IMG/VR virus record: IMGVR_UViG_3300017761_003935
Coordinates: 1-33,941 of that record
Direction: 5' to 3' (one strand)
DNA: 33,941 bases
Source of the DNA: a virus
Lineage: Duplodnaviria > Caudoviricetes
Shown here one piece after another: positions 1 to 7,886 of the stretch. The notes under the pieces are model-generated. The model saw only the letters and a list, made by a program, of their open reading frames with translations, did not search any database and was not told the DNA's origin. The position numbers and the translations under genes were made by a program. Position 1 is the stretch's first letter, and each line of letters opens with the position of its first letter.

Positions 1-51
1 GAAGAGCGCCTCGAAGCCGAGGCCGGGGTCCCGGCGCACCGCGTCCCATGA
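1..51 (+). CDS. 3' end of an upstream hypothetical gene (partial)
   Basis: Frame 1 is open from the window start (EERLEAEAGVPAHRVP*); its TGA overlaps the next ATG (ATGA at 48-51). Confidence 0.5.
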   Translation, partial: EERLEAEAGVPAHRVP

Positions 52-275
52 CCACGCCACACGAGGAAGTGCTCGCCCTCATGCACACGCGGGCGTTCCT
101 GTTCGACCTGCTAGACACCACCGCGACGCCGAGGGTCCCGCGCCCGGTGCGCGAGCGCGCCCGCGCCTGCCTGCGCCACTTCCCGCTGCTGCCAGGCCAA
201 GAGCACGCCTCCGCCCTGCTAGAGCGCGCTTGGGCTCGTGGCGGGGCTGGTGGGCGCAAGGCCGGGGACGCATGA
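48..275 (+). CDS. small phage protein, BPSL0761-like
   Basis: 75 aa; MTxPxE...FL..L...TPRVP..VR..A...LRHFP pattern recalled for this family; ATGA overlaps at both ends (48-51, 272-275). Confidence 0.7.
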   Translation: MTTPHEEVLALMHTRAFLFDLLDTTATPRVPRPVRERARACLRHFPLLPGQEHASALLERAWARGGAGGRKAGDA

Positions 276-1984
276 CCGACGCGGTCCTCGCCCTTCGCCG
301 GGCCGTTCTCGACGCCAAGGATGCCGACCGGGCCGACCTGCGCGCGGCGTTTGCGGGCTCATTCGCCGCGTGGTGCGAAGCCTGCGCGTGGACCTACCGG
401 GTGAAGGAACTCGACGAGACGGGCCGCGAGCGCCCGGCGCGGATGCCGAACGTCCCCTTCACCTTGTGGCCGTGCCAGGTCGAGGCAGCCGACGCCGTCA
501 TCGAGAGCGTGACGAACGGCCGCGACGTCGTGATCAAGAAGTCCCGCGATATGGGCGCGTCGTGGCTCATGTGCGCGATCGCCACGTGGGGGTGGATGTT
601 CCACGGGTGGCAGACGTTGCTCGTGAGCCGCGTCGAGGACCTCGTGGACCGCACAGGCGACCCCGACTCGCTGTTTTGGAAGATCGACTACCTCGTGACC
701 GCGCAGCCCTCGTGGCTGTTGCCCTGCCCGTCGGGGGACCTTGAGAAGGGCAAGAAGTGGCGGCAGCACCTGATGCTGCGCCACCCGACCACGGGCGCGA
801 CGATCGCCGGGCAGGCGAGCACCGAGCACATCGGCCGAGGTGGCCGTCGCACCATGGTCGTGTTCGACGAGTTCGCGGCGCTCGACAACGCGGCAGCAGC
901 GTGGCGCAGCGCGGCCGACTGCACCTCGTGCCGCATCGCCAACAGCACGCCCATCGGCGCAGGCACGGAGTACGCGCGCCTCGTCAGCCAGGCGAGGCTG
1001 CATGGCGAGCCGACCCTCGTCGAACTCATGTACCACGCGCACCCCGAGAAGGGCCGAGGGGCCGAGGTGCGGATCGACGACGATGGCGAGGTCACCGGGT
1101 TCGCCGGGGCCGAGTACACGTGGACCCCGTGGCTTCAGGACCAACTCCGGCGTCGCGACCGGATCGACCTGTGTCAGAACGTCTTCGCCGAGAGCGTCGG
1201 CAGCGGCGCGTCGTTCTTCAGCGCCCACGTGGTCAGCACCCACCGGGGAGCGCATGGCCGGGAGCCGAGGCGCTGCGAGGTGCTTCGGGGCCGCTTGGAA
1301 CAGCACCCCGAGGGACGGTGGCGCGTGTTCACCGAGCCGACGCGCACGACGGAGTACGTGGTGTTCCTCGACCCGTCATACGGTACGGGCAACGCGAACG
1401 CGGCCGCCTGCATCATGGACGCCGAGAACCGGGAGGTGGTCGCCGAGTTCGTGGACCCGAACATCAGCACCTACGACCTGGCGCTTGAGATCGCGCAGAT
1501 CTGCCGCAAGGTCTACAAGGGGCGGAGGGAGCCGCTTGTGGGGTGGGAGATCAACGGACCGGGCGCGAACCTCCAGCACGACTTCGAGCGCGCGCAGTAC
1601 CGGACTGTGTACAGAGAGCGTCAGACGGGCACGAAGACCGAGAGTCGTACACGTCGAGTGGGGTGGAACTCGACCAAGCGCACCAAGCGGGTGCTTCTCG
1701 GCGGGTTGGCTCGTGCCATGGCGCAGGGGGAATGCTGTATCCCGAGCGAGGACACACTCGACGAGATGCTCGAATACGTGGTGCTTGAGGACGGCAGCAT
1801 CGAGGCGGGCAGTCGGCGTGACGAACAGTCGGGTGCGCGAGAGGCTCACGGCGACCGGGTGATCGCGACCGCCGGGGCGCTGATGCTCTGCGACGAGGCC
1901 GGGTACACGGCCGAAACACCCCCCGCATACGAACGTGAGACCTTGGGGGCTATTCTGAAGCACGATGAGATCCAAGATGGCTAA
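272..1984 (+). CDS. terL: terminase large subunit
   Basis: Start placed at ATG 272 (ATGA overlap). Walker A-like KKSRDMGASW, Walker B VVFDEFA, coupling motif NSTP, RNase H-type nuclease motifs FLDPSYGTG, WEING and HGDRVIA; lies upstream of portal. Confidence 0.93.
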   Translation: MTDAVLALRRAVLDAKDADRADLRAAFAGSFAAWCEACAWTYRVKELDETGRERPARMPNVPFTLWPCQVEAADAVIESVTNGRDVVIKKSRDMGASWLMCAIATWGWMFHGWQTLLVSRVEDLVDRTGDPDSLFWKIDYLVTAQPSWLLPCPSGDLEKGKKWRQHLMLRHPTTGATIAGQASTEHIGRGGRRTMVVFDEFAALDNAAAAWRSAADCTSCRIANSTPIGAGTEYARLVSQARLHGEPTLVELMYHAHPEKGRGAEVRIDDDGEVTGFAGAEYTWTPWLQDQLRRRDRIDLCQNVFAESVGSGASFFSAHVVSTHRGAHGREPRRCEVLRGRLEQHPEGRWRVFTEPTRTTEYVVFLDPSYGTGNANAAACIMDAENREVVAEFVDPNISTYDLALEIAQICRKVYKGRREPLVGWEINGPGANLQHDFERAQYRTVYRERQTGTKTESRTRRVGWNSTKRTKRVLLGGLARAMAQGECCIPSEDTLDEMLEYVVLEDGSIEAGSRRDEQSGAREAHGDRVIATAGALMLCDEAGYTAETPPAYERETLGAILKHDEIQDG

Positions 1985-2213
1985 ACGCAAGCGCGGCCCA
2001 TCCCTGTCAGTTGGGCGAGCAGAAAAACTTTCGGTCAAGGCGGGCGGCGGGCTGACGGCGAAGGGACGTGCCAAGTACAACCGGGCGACCGGATCGAACC
2101 TCAAGGCTCCGACCAAGGACAAGTCGAGCGGCCGTCACAAGTCATTCTGCGCTCGATCGAGGTCCTGGAAGGGCGAGCGCGGACTCGCAGCACGCAGAAG
2201 GTGGGGATGCTGA
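1977..2213 (+). CDS. small basic phage protein (DUF6321-like)
   Basis: 78 aa MAKRKR...GGLTAKGRAKYNRATGSNLKAP...RHKSFCAR...RRWGC; overlaps the terL stop; family name from memory. Confidence 0.8.
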   Translation: MAKRKRGPSLSVGRAEKLSVKAGGGLTAKGRAKYNRATGSNLKAPTKDKSSGRHKSFCARSRSWKGERGLAARRRWGC

Positions 2214-2214
2214 T

Positions 2215-2349
2215 ATGGCGAAGAGGAACTCGCTCGTCGGAAACATCAATCGTCGCAAGCGACTGGGCATCTCGCGCCCCAAGTCGCAGTCAACGGTCAG
2301 CGCGAAGTCATATTCCGCCATGAAGCGCGGATGGAAGAAGAGGAAGTGA
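2215..2349 (+). CDS. 44-aa Lys/Arg-rich protein
   Basis: MAKRNSLVGNINRRKRLGISRPKSQSTVSAKSYSAMKRGWKKRK; ATG 1 nt after the previous TGA; TGATG overlap with the next gene. Confidence 0.75.
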   Translation: MAKRNSLVGNINRRKRLGISRPKSQSTVSAKSYSAMKRGWKKRK

Positions 2350-2459
2350 TGCCGAAGGTAGGAAAGAAGAAGTTCCCGTACACCGCAAAGGGCAAGGCCG
2401 CAGCCAAGTCCTACGCGAAGAAGACTGGCAAGAAGATGTCGAAGAAGATGGGCTACTGA
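2349..2459 (+). CDS. 36-aa Lys-rich protein (not in ORF track)
   Basis: MPKVGKKKFPYTAKGKAAAKSYAKKTGKKMSKKMGY; TGATG overlaps at both ends; Lys always AAG, matching neighbouring codon usage. Confidence 0.75.
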   Translation: MPKVGKKKFPYTAKGKAAAKSYAKKTGKKMSKKMGY

Positions 2460-2593
2460 TGCCGTTCAAGAGCAAGGCACAGCAGGGCTTCATGTTCGCC
2501 ACCATGCCGAAGACGGCCAAGAAGTGGGCGAAGAAGACCAAGTCCATGAAGAGCCTCCCGGCTCGCGCGAAGAAGAAGGGAGGTCGCAAGTGA
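2459..2593 (+). CDS. 44-aa Lys-rich protein (not in ORF track)
   Basis: MPFKSKAQQGFMFATMPKTAKKWAKKTKSMKSLPARAKKKGGRK; MPFKSxAQ...AKKW pattern recurrent in small phage proteins; TGATG coupling. Confidence 0.75.
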   Translation: MPFKSKAQQGFMFATMPKTAKKWAKKTKSMKSLPARAKKKGGRK

Positions 2594-2628
2594 AGAAGGG
2601 CAAGAAGAAGGGCGGCAAGAAGTGTTGA
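2590..2628 (+). CDS. 12-aa micro-peptide MKKGKKKGGKKC (not in ORF track)
   Basis: GTGA overlap with the previous stop; GGAGGT Shine-Dalgarno at 2579-2584, 5 nt before GTG; its TGA overlaps the next gene start. Confidence 0.55.
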   Translation: MKKGKKKGGKKC

Positions 2629-2837
2629 TTCGCACCTCCAAAGGCGACTATGTTCCGATCTCATCTGTTCATCACATCTCTCCGGTCGGTGGCGACTTGG
2701 TTCTCTACACGACTTTGTCGCAGACATTCCACGTTTCGGGCGCAGACGCGGAAGCCGTGCGCTCCCTCATCATCACTCGGCCGGCAAAGCCCGGCAGGAA
2801 GGCCACGCATGTACGGCAAGAAGAAGAAGGCGGGTAA
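2622..2837 (+). CDS. hypothetical protein, ~70 aa
   Basis: Globular-looking beta-rich sequence (GDYVPISSVHHISPVGGDLVLYT); start GTG 2622 or TTG 2625 (TTGA overlap). Confidence 0.65.
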   Translation: MLIRTSKGDYVPISSVHHISPVGGDLVLYTTLSQTFHVSGADAEAVRSLIITRPAKPGRKATHVRQEEEGG

Positions 2838-2943
2838 GAAGGTCGGCGGATCCGCCGGAAACCGTCGCGGCATGCACGGCCACGACAGGGGCGGCAAGGG
2901 CGGCGGCTTCGGTGGTGGCAAGGGCGGCGGCTTCAAGAAGTGA
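2809..2943 (+). CDS. 44-aa Lys/Gly-rich protein
   Basis: MYGKKKKAGKKVGGSAGNRRGMHGHDRGGKGGGFGGGKGGGFKK; purine-rich AGGAAGG upstream; ends 3 nt before the portal ATG. Confidence 0.65.
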   Translation: MYGKKKKAGKKVGGSAGNRRGMHGHDRGGKGGGFGGGKGGGFKK

Positions 2944-2946
2944 TCG

Positions 2947-4689
2947 ATGCTTTCATTCGACCTAGCATCCCTTCAGCGTGAGATTGACGCGGCGGAAGAC
3001 TTCCGCGATCGCCACATCACCGAGTGGCGGCGTCTGATCGAGCGTTACCACGGTCCTGCCTTCAAGCCAGGAAACGAATCCGAAGACGATCCGGAGAACT
3101 TCGTGCATGAGTACGTGGCTTTGCTGTTGCCACGCATCATCCACGACAGCCCGAAGATTCGCGTGAAGAGTGCTCGCCCTGTCACGCAGGGCCAAACGGC
3201 CCCGCTGATGCAGGTCGCCATGAATCGCTGGGTCAAGATGACCAAGTTGCGGCGCACGCTTGAGCGGATCGCGGTGGACATGCTTCTCGGCTTTGGCATC
3301 GGGATGGTGGTCAACGAGCCGCGCAAGGGATACCGGGCATCGGACGATGCAGATCCGTTCCTGCCTCGCCTGTACCGCATCAGCCCGGATCGGTTCTTCA
3401 TCGATCCGGCAGCGACAAACACGGAAGATGCCCGGTATATGGGGCATTGTTGGACGATCGACAAGGAAGACCTCCTTGCGATGGCGGATGCACAGGATGG
3501 TTGGAACGTCGAGATCATCGAGGGCATGGGAGCCAACAGCGGCCTCGACGAACTGCGTGATGACCTGGACACGCGGCGCGAAATCCCTGATCGCAAGGAA
3601 CTTGTGTTGTACGAGGTGTGGGTTCCTGAAGTGCGAGATGCTTCGGTCGAGGCCCTCGACATGGCAGCCGGCGGAGGTCTGTTCAACGGCACGATCTACA
3701 CGGTGCTGAAGGGACAGTCCTCGACCGGAAAGGCGACCTACGAGTTCGCTCGTGAGCCTCGCCCATACTGGGGCCCGCGATCCGGCCCGTACACCATGTT
3801 CGGCGTCTACACGGTTCCGGATGACCCGTATCCCCTGTCTCCGATCTTGGCCCTCGTGCCGCAGATGGATGACGTAAACGCCCACCTGCGGGCCATGCGG
3901 TACAGCGCGAGTGCATACAAGCGCATCGTCGCGGTGGACAGCCGTAACCCCAAGTTGGCACAGGACATACGTGACAAGGATGACCTCTTTGTGGTCATGG
4001 TGGATGGTCTGGATCCGACCAACGTCGTGCCGCTCGAGGTGGGTGGCATCACGCAGCAGCAGGTGGCGTATTCGCAGCAGGCGCAGGATCGCCTCGACCG
4101 GGTGTCAGGCATCCACGATGCCATGCGCGGCAACGTGACCGGGCAGCCCACGGCAACCGAAATCGCCATTGCCGAGAGCAGCAGCGGCCTTCGCATGGCT
4201 CATCTCAAGAAGCAGTATCAGGAAGCAGTCAATGACGCCCTGCTGACGGCTGCGTGGTACTTGTTCCACGATCAGAAGGTCATGTTCCCGCTCGGCCAGG
4301 ATGGCGTGGCTGTCATGGGTGAGGCGGAACCAATCTTCAGCCCGATGGTTCTTCAGGGAATGTTCGACGATCTCGAACTTGAAATCGAGGCCATGAGCAT
4401 GGAGCGCGTGAGCGAGGCCGTCATGCAGCGCCGCGCGATCGAACTTCTGCAAGTCATTGGGAACATCAGCCAGTCGGTGATGGCCGCGCCGCACGTCAAG
4501 TGGCGAGAGGTGATGAGCCTCGTCGGAGATGCGCTCAACATCCCAACTCTCGGAGATCTGATCGACGTGAGCATGGCAAATCAGATGCGCGCCGGCGCGG
4601 CGCAAGGCGCTGCAATGCAGTCATCGCAGCAGCGACAGGGCGAGAGTCCGCAGGCCATGATGCAGAAGTCCATGAACCGCACTTCGTAA
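2947..4689 (+). CDS. portal protein
   Basis: 580 aa between terL and scaffold/capsid; podovirus-portal-like motifs RISPDRFFIDPAA, LYEVW, SGIHDAMRG...TATEIAI; Gln-rich C-terminus. Confidence 0.9.
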   Translation: MLSFDLASLQREIDAAEDFRDRHITEWRRLIERYHGPAFKPGNESEDDPENFVHEYVALLLPRIIHDSPKIRVKSARPVTQGQTAPLMQVAMNRWVKMTKLRRTLERIAVDMLLGFGIGMVVNEPRKGYRASDDADPFLPRLYRISPDRFFIDPAATNTEDARYMGHCWTIDKEDLLAMADAQDGWNVEIIEGMGANSGLDELRDDLDTRREIPDRKELVLYEVWVPEVRDASVEALDMAAGGGLFNGTIYTVLKGQSSTGKATYEFAREPRPYWGPRSGPYTMFGVYTVPDDPYPLSPILALVPQMDDVNAHLRAMRYSASAYKRIVAVDSRNPKLAQDIRDKDDLFVVMVDGLDPTNVVPLEVGGITQQQVAYSQQAQDRLDRVSGIHDAMRGNVTGQPTATEIAIAESSSGLRMAHLKKQYQEAVNDALLTAAWYLFHDQKVMFPLGQDGVAVMGEAEPIFSPMVLQGMFDDLELEIEAMSMERVSEAVMQRRAIELLQVIGNISQSVMAAPHVKWREVMSLVGDALNIPTLGDLIDVSMANQMRAGAAQGAAMQSSQQRQGESPQAMMQKSMNRTS

Positions 4690-4696
4690 ATCGACC

Positions 4697-4990
4697 ATGC
4701 CACTGTATCCTTTCATCAATGCCGATGGCTCGTGCGCTGAATTCGTGTTCAGCATGAAAGACGCACCGTCAATCGGAATGACTGTCACTATCGATGGGAC
4801 GGACTGGGTTCGCGTCGCGAGCGACTTCACGGTCGATCCTGGCTCGAACAGATACCAGTACCCCTATGTGTCGAACGCACTTCCTCGCAACCTCGAGGGG
4901 TGTCCGAAGACCAAGCAGGGGAAACCCGTCGTCATGTCGCGGCGACATGAACGCAACATCGCCGCACGTCACGGATACGCCAAGGACTAG
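4697..4990 (+). CDS. small protein, degenerate FmdB-like (MPLY start, CxxC pairs absent)
   Basis: 97 aa MPLYPFINADGSCAEFVFSM...; sits after the portal, where FmdB-like genes often occur. Confidence 0.6.
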   Translation: MPLYPFINADGSCAEFVFSMKDAPSIGMTVTIDGTDWVRVASDFTVDPGSNRYQYPYVSNALPRNLEGCPKTKQGKPVVMSRRHERNIAARHGYAKD

Positions 4991-4996
4991 GACACG

Positions 4997-5935
4997 ATGA
5001 GTGAACCCGAAAGCCAGGTTGTAGAGGTCGAGCAGGACAACAAGCCTGCCGACGCTGTCACTTCGTCAAAGCAGACCGACACCGCAGAGGAAGACGCAAT
5101 CCTCGATCGGCTCATGTCCAGCAACGATGATGTTGCTGAACCGGAGCCTGTGCCGGCCAAGGCCGAGACACCAGAACCAACCGCCGCACCGAACCCGGAT
5201 CGCGAGCGGGCAATCGCCGCCCTCAAGAGGGATGGCGTTCCCCAGTCCATCATCAGCCAGACGAGCAACGAAGATCTGCTCGCATGGGGGCTCAAGGCCG
5301 CCAAGCGACAGGCCGACGTCGATGAGTTCGGCAACAAGATGAAGGAACTGGAGAAGAAGGTTTCCAAGTCAAGCGATACAGCGAAGAAGGAAGACGCGGC
5401 AGAGCAGGAGGACGGCAATGACGCCGAACCTTCCAGCGATGTCGAAGAGTCGGCTTCAGACGCCAACGATCCGCTTCGCGACGTGGAAGAACTTCTCGGA
5501 AAGGACGCTGCCAAGCCGTTGCGGGCCATGGCTGACGAACTTTCCAAACTGAAGCAGTCCCAACAGGATCTGGTTCAGCAAGCGTATGCGGTTCAAGCGG
5601 AGTCTGCCGAGTTCAGGTTGCGAGGTCTATATGGCGACAAGTCGCCAACCACCGAGCAACTGCACGCGGAAGTCGCCCGACTTGGATCCGCCAAACCAGG
5701 AGCATTCACCTCGGTGTTGCAGATGGTGACGGAGGCTTTCTCCAATCTGACCGGAGTCAGCCCAGAGGAGGCGAGTCGCGCCCCCGCGAAGCGATCGAAC
5801 GTGCAGCCAACCCCGGCAAAGGGCGTGTCCCGAGCCGAACGGCCTGTCTCGAAAGCGGATGCAGAAGACGCGATCCTCGAAGCCCTGCTTGATGGCAAGC
5901 CCGCCGCCGAAGCACGCCGATTGACCAGAAAGTGA
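4997..5935 (+). CDS. capsid scaffolding protein
   Basis: 312 aa, acidic, helical/coiled-coil, low complexity; immediately upstream of the major capsid gene. Confidence 0.75.
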   Translation: MSEPESQVVEVEQDNKPADAVTSSKQTDTAEEDAILDRLMSSNDDVAEPEPVPAKAETPEPTAAPNPDRERAIAALKRDGVPQSIISQTSNEDLLAWGLKAAKRQADVDEFGNKMKELEKKVSKSSDTAKKEDAAEQEDGNDAEPSSDVEESASDANDPLRDVEELLGKDAAKPLRAMADELSKLKQSQQDLVQQAYAVQAESAEFRLRGLYGDKSPTTEQLHAEVARLGSAKPGAFTSVLQMVTEAFSNLTGVSPEEASRAPAKRSNVQPTPAKGVSRAERPVSKADAEDAILEALLDGKPAAEARRLTRK

Positions 5936-5942
5936 GCAAACC

Positions 5943-7220
5943 ATGGCTGGTACCCCCATCCAAACCTTCAATGACTTTATGAACGCAACGGGTCCGACGT
6001 ACATCACGTCGGCGGACGCAGTGATCAACGAGGCCTTCAAGAACACCTACGCCTTCAGCCGTCTTCTCAAGGAGAAGACCAGCGAAGCAACGGTGCAGGG
6101 CGGCAACGAAATTCGCGACGTCATCATGTTTGATGACTCCTCGACCTACGATCACTACCTTCCCAATGACACCTTCAACTGGCGCAACGCGCAGACTCTC
6201 GACACCATTCGAGTGCCGTGGCGCTTCAGCATCGACCACATGGCGTGGACTGACCACGAGGTCGAACTGAACGGTGGCGAAGGCGCTGGCCGCGATTACG
6301 TGAAGTCGCAGTACAAGCGACTGAAGCGGACGAAGGAACAGCGCATGTGGACGAGCCTGATCAACGGCTTCGAGAACGATCTGTGGGCCACCACGTTCGG
6401 CAACTACACGAACATGGAGTCGTCCGGCGGTCGTCTGCCCTACAGCCTGCCTGCGTTCATCACCGAAGTTCCTGACGCCGGCAACACGCTCGGCCTGCGC
6501 GGTGGCAAGCCCATCGGCTGGACGAACGTGATGAACATCGACGTCAGCACCGAGGACCGTTGGACCAACCAGATCTCGTACTACGACCCCGACATGGCAT
6601 ACAACGCTGCCAAGGTCGAGGCGACGAGCGTCCAGAACGTCGGAACTGGAGCGAACGATTATTCCACCACGATCTTCAATCTGATCGCGGCGTTCGATGA
6701 CATGTTCCTCAAGTGCGACTTCCAGCCCCCGAGCACCAAGCAGGAGTACTTCGAGAAGCCGGTTCTGAATCGGCAGATGATTCTGTGCTCGCGTCTCGGC
6801 CTGAACCAGTACAAGTCTGCTCTCCGTAGCAGCAACGACACGCTGGTTTCGTATCAGGATGCTGCGTACAACAATCCCGCGTATAGCGGCATTGAACTGA
6901 TGTACTGCTCGAATCTGGACACCGCTGCCATCTTCCCAGGTGGAACGAATCGCACCACGTACAATCAGAACATCGACGCAAGCACGACTGGCGCAACTGA
7001 AAGTGCGGCTGTCGATGAGGGTGCTCGCTACTTCTGGGTGAACGGTAACTACCTGACCCCCATCTATCACGCTCGTCGCTACTTCGAGAAGCACGACGTG
7101 CTGCGTCACCCCAACCAGCCCTTCACCTATGTGCAGGTGGTGGATTGCTGGTGGAACCTGTTCTGCAACAGCCGTCAGCGTCAGGGCATCGTCGCCCCGC
7201 TGGACTCCACTGCCACCTGA
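5943..7220 (+). CDS. major capsid protein
   Basis: 425 aa; VQGGNEIRDVIMF resembles podovirus HK97-fold capsid motifs; C-terminal NLFCNSRQRQG; strongly biased codons; synteny. Confidence 0.9.
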   Translation: MAGTPIQTFNDFMNATGPTYITSADAVINEAFKNTYAFSRLLKEKTSEATVQGGNEIRDVIMFDDSSTYDHYLPNDTFNWRNAQTLDTIRVPWRFSIDHMAWTDHEVELNGGEGAGRDYVKSQYKRLKRTKEQRMWTSLINGFENDLWATTFGNYTNMESSGGRLPYSLPAFITEVPDAGNTLGLRGGKPIGWTNVMNIDVSTEDRWTNQISYYDPDMAYNAAKVEATSVQNVGTGANDYSTTIFNLIAAFDDMFLKCDFQPPSTKQEYFEKPVLNRQMILCSRLGLNQYKSALRSSNDTLVSYQDAAYNNPAYSGIELMYCSNLDTAAIFPGGTNRTTYNQNIDASTTGATESAAVDEGARYFWVNGNYLTPIYHARRYFEKHDVLRHPNQPFTYVQVVDCWWNLFCNSRQRQGIVAPLDSTAT

Positions 7221-7228
7221 ACCTGAAG

Positions 7229-7257
7229 GGGGGCGGTCGGTAACCCCGGCCGCCCCC
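7229..7257 (+). terminator. GC-rich hairpin after the capsid gene (no U-tract; pause, stability element or weak terminator)
   Basis: GGGGGCGGTCGG / loop TAACC / CCGGCCGCCCCC, 12 bp with one G-U pair. Confidence 0.55.
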
Positions 7258-7282
7258 ATCACCACACAGAAAGGAATCAAAC

Positions 7283-7831
7283 ATGATTCTCGCTCCTACC
7301 TCTGGTCCGATCGGCATTTGGCCGCACGGACACGTCGCACGAATGATCAACCGCTCCGGCGGCGCTCTTGTCCTCGGCGATGTCGTGATCAATTCGTTCA
7401 ACCACACCAGCGCCGCATATAGCGCGGCTCCGGAAAATGATGCGGCACTTCGACTCTCTCCATTCGCGTCCGTCAAGAAGGCTGATGGAAATGCTGCTGC
7501 GTCTGCTGGCGATGGCACGCACTCGCAGGCCGGATACATCGGCGTCGTGGTTGGTCTCGGTAACTTCGTCGGCGCTGATAGCACCGAGGTCGATGTGCAG
7601 TTTGGCGGAATTTGTGCTGCGACTGTGTTCGCAAACACAAACAACGTCGTTCTCGGCTCAAAGTTGTTCTTGAGCGATACGGCCGGTCGGCTCGGTAACG
7701 AGGGCGACTCGGCAAATCCCGACACGACCGTCGCGATTTCTCTTGGTGCCGTGACTGCCGCTGCAAGCGGATCGATCAACGTTCTGCTGTTCAACGGCCC
7801 GATCGACGGCACGGCGACTGCCCTGACGTGA
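7283..7831 (+). CDS. capsid decoration/cement protein (DUF2190-like)
   Basis: 182 aa Gly/Ala/Val-rich; NRSGGALVLGDVV...IGVVV...VQFGGIC pattern; AAAGGA RBS; follows the capsid gene. Confidence 0.7.
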   Translation: MILAPTSGPIGIWPHGHVARMINRSGGALVLGDVVINSFNHTSAAYSAAPENDAALRLSPFASVKKADGNAAASAGDGTHSQAGYIGVVVGLGNFVGADSTEVDVQFGGICAATVFANTNNVVLGSKLFLSDTAGRLGNEGDSANPDTTVAISLGAVTAAASGSINVLLFNGPIDGTATALT

Positions 7832-7852
7832 TCTGACTTCAGAAAGCAACAC

Positions 7853-7885
7853 CCGCTTGGGGGGGAAACCCCCCAGGCGGCTTTC
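7853..7885 (+). terminator. intrinsic terminator-like hairpin with GAAA tetraloop
   Basis: CCGCTTGGGGGG-GAAA-CCCCCCAGGCGG followed by CTTTC. Confidence 0.65.
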
Positions 7886-7886
7886 A

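Noticed and set aside
5757-7280. 507-aa minus-strand ORF opposite the capsid gene (also 359-1306, 2962-3885, 26850-27794, 28363-29217)
   Set aside because: Antisense shadows expected from GC-rich codon bias; no motifs or RBS, and the + strand genes are convincing.
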